From a bacterium (lineage in GTDB: Bacteria > Bacteroidota > Ignavibacteria > SZUA-365), in assembly GCA_020444325.1 (NCBI GenBank), contig JAHLLD010000014.1, positions 41,410 to 105,409 of the forward strand: a stretch of 64,000 bases of DNA. The letters are read 5' to 3'. Below the pieces are notes generated by a model. The model saw only the letters and a program-made list of their open reading frames with translations, did no database searches and had not been told where the DNA came from. Within the stretch, counting starts at the first letter, position 1. Each line of letters begins with the position of its first letter. A program made the translations under genes and the position numbers. Shown here one piece after another: positions 45,831 through 55,008 of the stretch.

Positions 45831-47951
45831 ATGAAATACAAAGCCCTCACCTTAGCACTCTTTCTCGTGCTCGGCGCAACCGCGCTGGCGCAATCACCAT
45901 CGGCCATGAATTACCAGGGAGTTGCACGCGACGCCAACGGCTCGGTGCTGTCGAATGCCGAATTGTCCCTTCGCCTGAGCATCCTGCGTGGCAGCGCCGA
46001 AGGCGAACCTGTCTTCACGGAAACACATCGCGTCATGACCGACGCGGCGGGACAGTTCTCCCTTCATCTGGGCGAAGGCGTGAATGCCACATCGTCGTTC
46101 TCCCGCATCGAGTGGTTCCGCGACAACTACTGGCTGCGCGTCGAAATCGATGAGCGCGGCGGATCGGATTACACGCTGCTCGGCACTTCGCAGCTGCTTT
46201 CCGTTCCCTACGCGATGTATGCCGCCACGGCAGGCGGACTCGCCCCGTCGGAACTGAATGTCGCGCCGAGCGGACTCCCTTCCGCTGTCTGGCAGCGGGT
46301 CGGCAACCGCGGCACTGATCCTTCGCAGGATTTCGTGGGCACCACTGACAACGCTGCGCTGGTCTTCCGTACGAACGACGTCGAGCGCATGCGCCTGACC
46401 GCCGACGGCGATGTGGGCATTGGCACGGCATCTCCTGCCGCCAAGCTGGATGTCAACGGTGATGTCCATATCGCCACGGACCTCGACGTGGACCACGATG
46501 CGGAAATCGGCAACGACCTCGATGTCGGCCATGACCTTGACGTGTTGAACGATGCAAGCATCGGCAACGATCTCGATGTCGGCGGCAATGCCTACATCAA
46601 GGGCAACACGATGATTGATGGGTCGCTGGATGTGAGCGGGAAGAGCACGTTCGGACTGTTTGAAGTGTCCGCTGCCGGTGACCTCACTTTCGATCCCACG
46701 GCGAGCGACGGACTGAATCACGTGGCGCTGTTCGGCAACACCAACGGCAACGACGCCGACGGCATCGGCATCAAGATCAGCAACGGCGCGACCGACGAGC
46801 AGAACAACTTCATTACCTTTTACAGCGGCACGTCAAATTCCGCACAGATCACCGGTCGCATCGAGGGCTTCAAGTACATTCCCGGACAGGCCAACCAACA
46901 GTACTGGAGCAACCTCAAGCCGGTCATCGATTACTGGAAACTGCTCGGCTTCGATCCGAATGCCGGACTCAGCTTCAATATGAAGTACTTCGGTCTCGAT
47001 CCCGGTTCGTGGCCGACGCCACGGCTCTCGGGTGGCAGCTTCAGCAGCTTTACATGGCCGAGTGTGCACCTCGACGGCGGCTCCTGGCCCAGCATCAAGT
47101 GGCCCTCGGTCAATCCCCTCGACATCGCCAATCCGAAGAACTGGTTCAATCCCAACGTCTCCGAGCTGATAAGCAAGTTCGAGCCGCTGGTCTGTCAGGC
47201 CCTCGAGGATGACTGGCTCTCCCTGCTTCAGATGGATATCGCTTCGCTCGCCACGTTCGCGGCGCGCATGGAGCTGGAAGCCAAGTGCAAGGACGGTGGT
47301 GTCACGTACGGCAGCAAGGGTGCCGACTACGCCGAGTGGATGCCGAAAGCCAATACGGACGACCATTTCGCGTACGGACAGATTGTGGGCGTGAAGGACG
47401 GCAAGATCAGCCTCACCACAGATGGCGCGGACCAGGTGATGTCCATTTCCATGGCTCCCGTGGTCATCGGCAACATCCCGCCGTCGGGCGAGGAAAAGAA
47501 TTACGAAAAGGTCGCATTCATCGGACAGGTGCCCGTCATGGTGTGTGGCAAGGTCGATGCAGGAGATTACATCGTCGCCTCTGGTAACAACAATGGTTTC
47601 GGCGTCGGCGTCAAAGCCGAGGATCTGACCATCGAACACCTGCCCCGTATCCTCGGCCGCGCACTGAGCGCTACCACCAACGACGAACTCGACGTCGTCA
47701 ACGTGCTCATCGGCGTGAAGACGAACGAATGGGTACAGATCTTCAAGTCGCAGGAAGAGCGCATCGCGCGTCTCGAAACGCAGGTATCCGGGCAGCAGCG
47801 CACTGTGGCGCAGTCCGGCGATGCGCGCATGGAAGCGCTGGAAGCCGAAAACCGCGAACTGCGCAATGAAATCCAGGCCATCCGTGCCGCGATCGGACTC
47901 CCGAAGAATAACACCGGTGTCCAGAACGCCAAGTACGTCGAAAATCGCTGA
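45831..47951 (+). CDS. tail-fibre-like secreted protein (beta-helical repeats, putative intramolecular-chaperone-like domain, C-terminal coiled coil)
   Basis: The signal peptide is ..GATALA|Q. The N-terminal block (MNYQGVARDANGSVLSNAELSLRLSIL...VFTETH...TDAAGQFSLHLGEG) is common in FCB proteins annotated as tail fibre domain-containing. A repeat tract follows (DLDVDHDAEIGNDLDVGHDLDVLNDASIGNDLDVGG). The segment ADYAEWMPKAN...GQIVGV.DGKI...VIGN resembles Peptidase_G2/IMC-type domains. The protein ends in a coiled coil (RIARLETQ...LEAENRELRNEIQAIRAAIG). Confidence 0.6.
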   Translation: MKYKALTLALFLVLGATALAQSPSAMNYQGVARDANGSVLSNAELSLRLSILRGSAEGEPVFTETHRVMTDAAGQFSLHLGEGVNATSSFSRIEWFRDNYWLRVEIDERGGSDYTLLGTSQLLSVPYAMYAATAGGLAPSELNVAPSGLPSAVWQRVGNRGTDPSQDFVGTTDNAALVFRTNDVERMRLTADGDVGIGTASPAAKLDVNGDVHIATDLDVDHDAEIGNDLDVGHDLDVLNDASIGNDLDVGGNAYIKGNTMIDGSLDVSGKSTFGLFEVSAAGDLTFDPTASDGLNHVALFGNTNGNDADGIGIKISNGATDEQNNFITFYSGTSNSAQITGRIEGFKYIPGQANQQYWSNLKPVIDYWKLLGFDPNAGLSFNMKYFGLDPGSWPTPRLSGGSFSSFTWPSVHLDGGSWPSIKWPSVNPLDIANPKNWFNPNVSELISKFEPLVCQALEDDWLSLLQMDIASLATFAARMELEAKCKDGGVTYGSKGADYAEWMPKANTDDHFAYGQIVGVKDGKISLTTDGADQVMSISMAPVVIGNIPPSGEEKNYEKVAFIGQVPVMVCGKVDAGDYIVASGNNNGFGVGVKAEDLTIEHLPRILGRALSATTNDELDVVNVLIGVKTNEWVQIFKSQEERIARLETQVSGQQRTVAQSGDARMEALEAENRELRNEIQAIRAAIGLPKNNTGVQNAKYVENR

Positions 47952-47971
47952 TCAATCTCAGCAGTGTCACC

Positions 47972-48001
47972 AAAAAAGGGCCGCACACGCGGCCCTTTTT
48001 C
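47972..48001 (+). terminator. intrinsic terminator
   Basis: AAAAAA-GGGCCGC-ACAC-GCGGCCC-TTTTTT begins 21 nt after the stop at 47951. Confidence 0.85.
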
Positions 48002-48066
48002 GTAGTGTCGGGATTCGGGAATCCACATGCGCCTGGGTATCCGGGGATAAAAAACTACTTGACATA

Positions 48067-48124
48067 TACGGAAATATGCCGTAATCTGAATTATCGAGTA
48101 GCGTATTACGGAATATTTCCGTAA
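48067..48124 (+). promoter_or_regulatory. candidate operator of the toxin-antitoxin operon
   Basis: TACGGAAATATGCCGTA occurs at 48067-48083. A perfect 8-bp inverted repeat TTACGGAA-TAT-TTCCGTAA occurs at 48105-48123, directly upstream of the antitoxin start. Confidence 0.55.
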
Positions 48125-48149
48125 TACCAGCAATGAAGTGGAGATGATA

Positions 48150-48473
48150 ATGGAAGAACGAACGGTACGGACTGATGATACAGAAAAGAAACCTGCAAAG
48201 GACCGCAGAATCGATCTTCGCCTGGATGCGAAGCAGAAGGCGCTGCTGGAGGCGGCTGCTGCGGTGACGGGACAAAGCCTCATGAGCTTCATTGTTTCCA
48301 ACAGCCTGACCGTCGCCCAGAGGGTTTTGCGAGAGTACCGGGACACGGAGCTTTCCGTTGCCGATTCTGAAATTTTCATGCGGCTGCTGGAAAACCCTGA
48401 AGAACCGACGGAGGCTCTCCTGAACGCCGCCAGGCGCCATCGCAGGAAAACAACATCATCCCATGGCAGCTGA
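48150..48473 (+). CDS. DUF1778-family (TacA-like, RHH) antitoxin
   Basis: The ORF track gives 48138..48473 with a GTG start. ATG 48150 lies 6 nt after GGAG. The segment RIDLRLDAKQKALLEAAAAVTGQSLMSFIVSNSLTVAQRVL fits the DUF1778 pattern. It overlaps the GNAT gene by 11 nt. Confidence 0.8.
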   Translation: MEERTVRTDDTEKKPAKDRRIDLRLDAKQKALLEAAAAVTGQSLMSFIVSNSLTVAQRVLREYRDTELSVADSEIFMRLLENPEEPTEALLNAARRHRRKTTSSHGS

Positions 48474-49002
48474 TCTCTGCGTTTCACAACTGTCGCCGGA
48501 CTTCAACCGGAAGTCCTTCGATTGTGGTGTTCCCGAGCTCAATGACTTCCTTCAAAAAAGAGCATGGAAGCACATGAAGCAGGGTATGAGCGTCACGTAT
48601 GTGCTGCATAAGGAAAATGATTTCGGGATACTGGGATTCTATGCGATCTCGATGGCGGAGATCAAGACGATCGACATCCAGAAAAATCTGATCAAGGGAC
48701 TCCCCCACCACCCCATTCCCGCGGTACGCATAGGACGCCTGGCGGTATCCGCTGCGCATCGGGAGAAGGGGTACGGCGGTGTGCTGCTGTGGGCCGCTAT
48801 TGAAAAGTCCCTCTCCCTGTCGAACAACATTGGCGCTCAAGCGATCGAGGCACATGCAAAAAATGAAATGGCCCGCGCGTTCTATATCAAACATGGCTTT
48901 GTCAGTCTGGCCGATGACAAAGACCACATGTACCTCGCGATGGACACAGCGCGCAAAGCGCTCAAGTTGCTGGAGGAGTCCGATTTTGACGATGAATTGT
49001 GA
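48463..49002 (+). CDS. GNAT-family acetyltransferase toxin (TacT-like)
   Basis: The 179-aa product contains FDCGVPELNDFL, IGRLAVSAAHREKGYGGVLL (the acetyl-CoA-binding Q/R-x-x-G-x-G/A region) and NEMARAFYIKHGF. Pairing with a DUF1778 gene is the established TacAT arrangement. Confidence 0.8.
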   Translation: MAADLCVSQLSPDFNRKSFDCGVPELNDFLQKRAWKHMKQGMSVTYVLHKENDFGILGFYAISMAEIKTIDIQKNLIKGLPHHPIPAVRIGRLAVSAAHREKGYGGVLLWAAIEKSLSLSNNIGAQAIEAHAKNEMARAFYIKHGFVSLADDKDHMYLAMDTARKALKLLEESDFDDEL

Positions 49003-49062
49003 TCCCATGAGCGACGTGTTACTCGTTGCAGTTAACCATAACAGCATGAACGGAATGCCTCG

Positions 49063-49650
49063 ATGACAGAGCGTCTGCGACAAAATATCGTCAGGACTAT
49101 CGGACGCGAGCCGACGGACAAGGAGTGTGCGCTGCTCGCAGAGCACATGCAGCCACAGTCCTTCAAAAAGAAGACGCTGCTCGCCCAGCCCGGGGAACAC
49201 TGCCGCTACGTGTATTTCCTGACGAAGGGGGCTGCGTATTCCTCGATGATCGATCCGAAGGGAGATTTCTACGCCGTACAATTTGCGCTGGAGAACTACT
49301 GGATCACCGATCACTACAGCTTCTTCAAGGACGAACCGGGGATCTATACCATCGAAACGCTTGAAGACTGCGACGTGCAGGTGATTGACCGCGCGGCATA
49401 TGACCATGTCTGCAAGTCCAGCCATCTTCTCGAACATTTCTTCCGCGTCCTCATCACCAACGCCTTCGTTGCCCTCCAACACCGTCTCGCCAGCACGAAT
49501 ACGGAAGAAGCCGCCCAGCGTTATCTTGACTTTTCCCGACGCCACCCGGACTTCATCCAGCGCATCCCGCAATACCTCATCGCATCCTACCTCGGCATCA
49601 AACCGCAGTCCCTCAGCCGCATCCGCAAAAAGCTCGCGAACGAGCTCTGA
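49063..49650 (+). CDS. Crp/Fnr-family transcriptional regulator
   Basis: The 195-aa product has a cNMP-binding-like beta-roll (FKKKTLLAQPGEHCRYVYFLTKGAAY) and a C-terminal HTH (IPQYLIASYLGIKPQSLSRIRKKL). Confidence 0.85.
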   Translation: MTERLRQNIVRTIGREPTDKECALLAEHMQPQSFKKKTLLAQPGEHCRYVYFLTKGAAYSSMIDPKGDFYAVQFALENYWITDHYSFFKDEPGIYTIETLEDCDVQVIDRAAYDHVCKSSHLLEHFFRVLITNAFVALQHRLASTNTEEAAQRYLDFSRRHPDFIQRIPQYLIASYLGIKPQSLSRIRKKLANEL

Positions 49651-49826
49651 TCCAGCCCTCACAGCGTCCTGCATTCCGCCCGTATCCTGTATTCCCCTTT
49701 TATCCACCACAGCAGCGTTTCTTCACCTATGTGAATGAAACGAGCAGGCATCTATACGTAGTTTGCAGTTGTCATTGAGACAGTAACACGCACGCAACTC
49801 AAACTCATATATATAGAAGGTGTACC

Positions 49827-50414
49827 ATGAAAGCGCAGACAACCTGGAAACTCGATCCCGCACACAGCGAGCTGATGTTCAAGGTCAAGCATCTGATGAT
49901 CACGAATGTCAAAGGCGAATTCCGCAACTTCGACGCCAGTATCGTATCGAACGGCAGCGACTTTGAGGGTGCGCATGTGACGCTTACGATCGACGCCACT
50001 TCCATCTTCACCAATAACCCGGACCGCGACGCGCATTTGCGCAGTGCTGATTTCTTCGATACCGACAATCATCCCCAGCTGAGCTTCGAGAGCAGCGAGA
50101 TGACAAAGCGCAGTGAGGACGTTTACGAGCTCAAGGGCATGCTCACCATGAAGGGCGTGTCGAAGGAAGTCGTGCTCGATGTCGAGCTTGGTGGAATGAC
50201 GACTGATCCTTATGGACAGAAGAAGGCAGGATTTTCGCTCAATGGAGTGCTCAACCGCAAGGAATGGGGACTGAACTGGAACGCCGCCCTCGAAACCGGA
50301 GGCGTCATGGTCAGCGAGGACGTCCGCCTCAGCGCCGAAGTGCAGTTCGTGATGCAGGCACAGGACGAGCAGACGGAAGAAGCCGTCGCACTCGAAACCG
50401 CTGAAACGAATTGA
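49827..50414 (+). CDS. YceI-family protein
   Basis: WKLDPAHSELMFKVKHLMITNVKGEFRNFDASI and DRDAHLRSADFFD are characteristic YceI-like motifs. Confidence 0.85.
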   Translation: MKAQTTWKLDPAHSELMFKVKHLMITNVKGEFRNFDASIVSNGSDFEGAHVTLTIDATSIFTNNPDRDAHLRSADFFDTDNHPQLSFESSEMTKRSEDVYELKGMLTMKGVSKEVVLDVELGGMTTDPYGQKKAGFSLNGVLNRKEWGLNWNAALETGGVMVSEDVRLSAEVQFVMQAQDEQTEEAVALETAETN

Positions 50415-50455
50415 TGATGCGAGGGGGGAGGGAAATCCTCAGCGCAGGGGAATCC

Positions 50456-51151
50456 TCAGCGCAGCTGCAGCAAATCCTGCGGTGCTTCCGCTTCGAAGGT
50501 CACGCGTTCGCCGGTAGCGGGATGGATGAATGAGAGGGACCGCGCATGCAAAGCCAGTCCGCGCCTGCCGCCTTTGGGATGTCCATACATGCGGTCTCCC
50601 AGAACCGGGTGTCCCATCTCCGCGAGGTGAACGCGGATCTGATGCTTGCGGCCGGTCAGCAGGCGCAGCTCCAGGAGCGAATGATCACCATGTGATTCGA
50701 GTATGCGCCAGCTGGTTTTCGAGAGTTTCCCATATTCGCGATCGTTGGTGACGTAGACGATATGCGCGGCGTTTTCCGCGAGGTAGGACACCTCGATTCC
50801 GGATACTTTCTTCGGCACGCCATGAACGACAGCCACGTAGCGTTTCTCCACATCCTGCCACCCCTCCTGCAACTGACGCTTTACTTCCCCACTTTTTGCG
50901 AACACGAGGACGCCTGAGGTATCCTTGTCCAGGCGATGCACGATGAAAATGCGTTTCCGGGATTTCGAATATCCCTTGCGCACGTAATCGGTCAGCACGG
51001 CATAGACGGTCGATGTTTTGTTCGACTGCGTTCCCATCGTCAGCAATCCCGCCGGCTTATGCACAACAATGATATGATCGTCCTCATGCAGAAGGCGAAT
51101 GCCCCTTGGCAGCACCCCCGCTGCAAGCCTGGAACGTCTCGATTTGCCCAT
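50456..51151 (-). CDS. RluA-family pseudouridine synthase
   Basis: The ORF track gives 50456..51163. I prefer ATG 51151. Motifs present are the catalytic HRLDKDTSGVLVFAK, VVHKPAGL and GRKHQIRVH. Confidence 0.85.
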   Translation of the reverse strand: MGKSRRSRLAAGVLPRGIRLLHEDDHIIVVHKPAGLLTMGTQSNKTSTVYAVLTDYVRKGYSKSRKRIFIVHRLDKDTSGVLVFAKSGEVKRQLQEGWQDVEKRYVAVVHGVPKKVSGIEVSYLAENAAHIVYVTNDREYGKLSKTSWRILESHGDHSLLELRLLTGRKHQIRVHLAEMGHPVLGDRMYGHPKGGRRGLALHARSLSFIHPATGERVTFEAEAPQDLLQLR

Positions 51152-51246
51152 GGTACTCCACAAAAAATTTCAATTGCCGGAAAAAGAACGCGTTCATAAT
51201 AGAATCCGACCACGCAGGGAATAGCAACTTCCCGATGCTCAGGGCA

Positions 51247-51732
51247 TTACGGGAGTAATTCTACGGGAGAGACCGCCTCGAACGGCTGCTGGCTGAAGGA
51301 TTTCTCGAGCTCAGTGATCCTGTCCTCGATATCCCTGTAAAGCGGAGGTGCCTGATATGGCTGTTCACCGTACGTTTGCAGTTCTTCTCTCAGGAAGCCG
51401 ATGTATGCCAGTCCGATGGATTTGAGCTTACGCAGCAAACCGTGCTTCATATCGCCGAGCTGAATCTCATCCTGCCCCCCGGATGTCTGGAGGAGTCCAT
51501 CAAAAAACTGCCGAAACTTCCCCGTCCATTTGTACGTGTGACGATACACCTCCAGCTGCGAACTATCGGTCGCGAGCCATGACAGTTCAGGATGATCCTC
51601 TATGGGATGCATCCTCCATCCCAGACGCTTTTCCTCATAGCGCAGCGCCTTATGGAGGAACTCGGTCATCGCGTACTCCAGGCGAATATCTTCGTGCACG
51701 TGGTCTTCTGCAAACTCGTTTTCCAACTGCAT
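51247..51732 (-). CDS. hypothetical cytoplasmic protein
   Basis: The ORF track gives 51247..51795 with a TTG start. The internal ATG at 51732 (MQLENEFAEDH..) is more likely. The product is acidic and helical. No family recognised. Confidence 0.55.
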   Translation of the reverse strand: MQLENEFAEDHVHEDIRLEYAMTEFLHKALRYEEKRLGWRMHPIEDHPELSWLATDSSQLEVYRHTYKWTGKFRQFFDGLLQTSGGQDEIQLGDMKHGLLRKLKSIGLAYIGFLREELQTYGEQPYQAPPLYRDIEDRITELEKSFSQQPFEAVSPVELLP

Positions 51733-51968
51733 GGCAGCACCCTTCTGTTTTTGGTATTCGTCAACGCAGGCAACATCCCGGTCGTACGAAATCAAAATAC
51801 ACCAATCCCCAACACGAATGTAGTCCGGTCACCGGCAATTCGACTGAAGAATGCAATTGGATCAGGATGCGCCAGTTTGATAAAGAGAGCACCATGACGT
51901 AGCTTCGATGCGATACGCTTTCCCTGTTCTTTGTCCTGTGCAGCATCCCACATCCCCTATCCAGGATC

Positions 51969-53129
51969 ATGAGCCTATTTTTCATCGCCGGTATCGGCGT
52001 CGCCGTCCTCATCGAATTCCTGCTGATCAGCAAGAAACAGCAAACGTTGTCCGACAGGATACTGACGGCGTGGATGTTCCTGATTATCGTCCACCTCTTC
52101 CTGTTCAACCTGTACTATACCGGGGACAGCTACCGGGTGCCTTTCCTGCTGGGATTCGAACTTCCCCTTCCGATGCTGCACGGGGTTTTCCTCTTCTATT
52201 ATGTCTCCTTTGTCACAGGACAACTCCCACGCAACAGGAAGCTGCTTTTGCTGCACCTGCTCCCCGCGGCAGTGATGTACGGCTACCTCCTGGCGGTGTT
52301 CATTCTCCCCCTCTCGTCTGATCAGAAAATCGCGGTATACGAGGCCAGGGGAGCGGGTTTCGAATTATTCAATATCCTCAGATTATGGGCCACGACGATT
52401 TCCGGCGTAGTGTATGTGATCCTTTCCGCGGTGCTGCTCCGCCGACACAGAATCGCCATTCGGGACAGTTTCTCGGACCTGGACAAAATCAGTCTTCGCT
52501 GGCTGGAGATCCTGACCTACGGGATGGGAGGAATCTGGCTTCTGCTGCTGCTCTTCCACAATGAACCGCTGACCTTCAGCGGCGTGGTCACCTTTATCTT
52601 CCTCATCGGATTTTTCGGCGTCCGGCAGGGAAACATATTTTCTCCCGCAGATATGAAATCTGCTCCCGCGGCACCCACGGAGGAAGCAGAAGGTCAAACA
52701 GCGGAAGAGGTGAAGGCGGGAATAGAGTCCGAAGTACAGCCGAAGAAATACACGAAATCCGGACTCAGCGACGAGGCGGCGGAGGGACTCCATGCGGCAC
52801 TTATCGCTCTCATGGAGGAAAAGAACATGTACCAGAAGAGTGATCTCTCGATCAATGATCTTGCGTCCACCCTCGAAGTGCCACCCAACCACCTCTCGCA
52901 GGTCATCAATCAGAGGGAAAAGAAGAATTTCTACGATTTCGTGAATTCCTATCGCATCGAGGCGTTCAAGCGCCAGATCGCAGCCAGGAAAAACCAGCAG
53001 TTCACGCTGCTCTCGATTGCATACGATTGCGGTTTCAGCTCAAAATCGTCATTTAACCGCTGTTTCAAGAACGAAACCGGCCAGACTCCCTCCCAGTTCG
53101 TCGCCTCACGCTCCCACGACCAGGATTGA
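51969..53129 (+). CDS. membrane-associated AraC-family transcriptional regulator
   Basis: The N-terminal region of about 220 aa has 6-7 hydrophobic helices. The C-terminal HTH_18/AraC signature is LSINDLASTLEVPPNHLSQVIN...LLSIAYDCGFSSKSSFNRCFKNETGQTPSQF. Confidence 0.85.
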   Translation: MSLFFIAGIGVAVLIEFLLISKKQQTLSDRILTAWMFLIIVHLFLFNLYYTGDSYRVPFLLGFELPLPMLHGVFLFYYVSFVTGQLPRNRKLLLLHLLPAAVMYGYLLAVFILPLSSDQKIAVYEARGAGFELFNILRLWATTISGVVYVILSAVLLRRHRIAIRDSFSDLDKISLRWLEILTYGMGGIWLLLLLFHNEPLTFSGVVTFIFLIGFFGVRQGNIFSPADMKSAPAAPTEEAEGQTAEEVKAGIESEVQPKKYTKSGLSDEAAEGLHAALIALMEEKNMYQKSDLSINDLASTLEVPPNHLSQVINQREKKNFYDFVNSYRIEAFKRQIAARKNQQFTLLSIAYDCGFSSKSSFNRCFKNETGQTPSQFVASRSHDQD

Positions 53130-53304
53130 CCTAGCCCCAGGATGAGCCTTCCCCCAGGATAAGCCTTTCGGGGTGTCATCCTGCAGGATGGCACTCCCCC
53201 GGCAGGTTCCATCTTACACGCTGAACCGATCCGCCCTCACTCGCCGCGTACATTTGCCCCAGACACTCGGTCAACTCTCTCATTTCCGATAATCTGGAGC
53301 AATC

Positions 53305-54300
53305 ATGAATCAACTCATTCTCACAATCCTCCTCATCGTTGCGGCAGCCGCGGCGGTCACGTTCAGCGCATGCGACATTCTGGAGCCTGAAGCTCAGGGA
53401 CAACTGGTGCCGCTGACGGTGGACGAAGATCCTTCACTTCCTTCCATTGAGGTCAACGGCACCCTGCTGCATGCAGAGACGTTTGGCAATCCGACCGACC
53501 CCATGCTCGTCATTCTGCATGGAGGTCCCGGAGGCGACTACCGCAGCATGCTCAAACTCGCTGCGTTTGCTGACGACGGCTTCTTCGTCGTGTTCTATGA
53601 TCAGCGTGGATGCGGCCTTTCCAGGCGGCACGGCAGGGAAATGTATGATGCACAGGGACCAGACCTGGCCGTTGCCGACCTCCGCGCGGTGATCGGGCAT
53701 TACAGGTCGTCAGGACAAAAAGTACTTCTCATGGGACAGTCCTGGGGAGCCATGCTGGCGTCTGCCTACATCAACGACTACCCGGAGGACATCAGCGGGG
53801 CCATTTTGATGGAACCGGGTGGACTGACCTGGCCGGATACCAAGGAGTATCTCGAGCGCTGGCAGATCATCGATCCCTTCGATGAGACGCTCAACGATCG
53901 CGTCTTCGTGGATCAAATCATCACCGGAAGCGATCACGTAAAGCTCGACTACAAAGCCGCCATTCAGGGCGCCGCTGAATATGCGGAAGGCAACAAGCTC
54001 GGTATTGCAGGACCAACTCCTTTCTGGCGGATGGGTGGATTGTACGCCATCGCTGCATCAGAGTACGCGACCGAACATTCGTTTGATTTCACCACGAATC
54101 TGCAGAAGTACGACAAACCCGTGCTCTTCGCCTACAGCGAGCTGAACCAGGCCTACGGCAGATCACACGCAGAGCTCGTTTCATCCGCCTTTCCCAACGT
54201 TCAGCTGGTTGAAATCCTCGGCACCGGACACAGTATCCCCTCCTTCGGCTGGGACAACCTCTATCCGATCGCCAAAGCTTATCTCAATACCGTTCGATAA
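53305..54300 (+). CDS. alpha/beta hydrolase lipoprotein, proline iminopeptidase-like (S33)
   Basis: It has the lipobox VTFSA|C, the HGGPGG oxyanion motif and the nucleophile elbow GQSWGA. A C-terminal GTGHS supplies the candidate catalytic His. Confidence 0.75.
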   Translation: MNQLILTILLIVAAAAAVTFSACDILEPEAQGQLVPLTVDEDPSLPSIEVNGTLLHAETFGNPTDPMLVILHGGPGGDYRSMLKLAAFADDGFFVVFYDQRGCGLSRRHGREMYDAQGPDLAVADLRAVIGHYRSSGQKVLLMGQSWGAMLASAYINDYPEDISGAILMEPGGLTWPDTKEYLERWQIIDPFDETLNDRVFVDQIITGSDHVKLDYKAAIQGAAEYAEGNKLGIAGPTPFWRMGGLYAIAASEYATEHSFDFTTNLQKYDKPVLFAYSELNQAYGRSHAELVSSAFPNVQLVEILGTGHSIPSFGWDNLYPIAKAYLNTVR

Positions 54301-54324
54301 GAATTTTAATAGAAGGATAATCCC

Positions 54325-54993
54325 ATGAAGACCATACTCATAACACTCGCCATCCTCGTGGTCACGGCACAGTCCGCCCTCTCGCAGGACGTCAACTGGA
54401 GGTCCATGCGTCCCGAGCAACCGAACCGCCTTCAGCTGAATATCGGATACGACTACGGGGCCGTGACACAGTTTTCGTACAGTCGCGCGTTTGATGTATC
54501 TCGTCCCCTGGTCGTCGGCCTGCACGCCTCCCTCCCCATGGGGAATCAGCCCGTCGACGATTTCACCCTTCGTCTCGGTGCGCAAATGGAAGTCGCCCAA
54601 TGGCGAGGCTTCTCCGCCACCGTCAAAGTCGCATCCAACTTCCGCCGCTACCAGAACGACCTGGTGCGCATCGTCAGCTTCGGAGCTGATTTCTCTGCCC
54701 TGGTGGGATACTACGATCCCTCCTGGCACGCCGCACTCGAATTCGGTTTCGACAAAGCCGTCGCGACACAGCTCACGCATTCCGATGTCATGAAGCAGTA
54801 CGGCTACGTCGGAATCCGCGACGGCTGGTACGTCCCGACCGGCGGGAATTTCTACTACGGCATCCAGGCCGGAAAAACCATCGGCGACTGGGCCGAGCTG
54901 ACCCTGCGCCTCGGCCTGACCGACGCCCAGTTCGACGACGAAGACGCCATGCTGCCCTACTACCTGCAGCTCGGATTCGGCCTGCCGTTTTAA
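54325..54993 (+). CDS. small outer-membrane beta-barrel protein
   Basis: The signal peptide is ..AQSALS|QD. The sequence shows an alternating hydrophobic pattern and ends YYLQLGFGLPF with a terminal Phe, which resembles an OMP beta-signal. Confidence 0.65.
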   Translation: MKTILITLAILVVTAQSALSQDVNWRSMRPEQPNRLQLNIGYDYGAVTQFSYSRAFDVSRPLVVGLHASLPMGNQPVDDFTLRLGAQMEVAQWRGFSATVKVASNFRRYQNDLVRIVSFGADFSALVGYYDPSWHAALEFGFDKAVATQLTHSDVMKQYGYVGIRDGWYVPTGGNFYYGIQAGKTIGDWAELTLRLGLTDAQFDDEDAMLPYYLQLGFGLPF

Positions 54994-55008
54994 TCGCAGG
55001 AGGCAGCC

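Noticed and set aside
21421-47951. The idea that the lysozyme-like gene, the membrane module of the protease and the tail-fibre-like gene mark a prophage.
   Set aside because: These genes are more than 20 kb apart and on different strands. They are interspersed with kinases and T9SS cargo genes. No capsid, portal, terminase, integrase or att-like repeats are visible.
48484-49710. A 408-aa minus-strand ORF spanning the GNAT toxin, an intergenic gap and the Crp/Fnr gene. Similar long antisense ORFs occur at 19772-20836, 35713-36849, 27736-28431, 38540-39829, 41530-42399, 45894-46721, 46833-47639, 13062-13811, 16790-17644 and 54181-55014.
   Set aside because: Each lies opposite a gene with clear family motifs (GNAT, HTH, kinase boxes, vWA MIDAS and others). 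Each has the R/G/H/A/V-rich, motif-free composition typical of shadow ORFs in GC-rich DNA. One of them even crosses an intergenic region between two independent genes.
50430-50464. An imperfect 17-18-bp tandem duplication, GGGAAATCCTCAGCGCAG/GGGAATCCTCAGCGCAG, overlaps the stop of the pseudouridine synthase gene. A similar duplication, CCCCAGGATGAGCCTT/CCCCCAGGATAAGCCTT, occurs at 53135-53167 after the AraC gene.
   Set aside because: These are single two-copy duplications at gene 3' ends with no dyad symmetry and no recurrence elsewhere in the window. They are probably replication-slippage scars.
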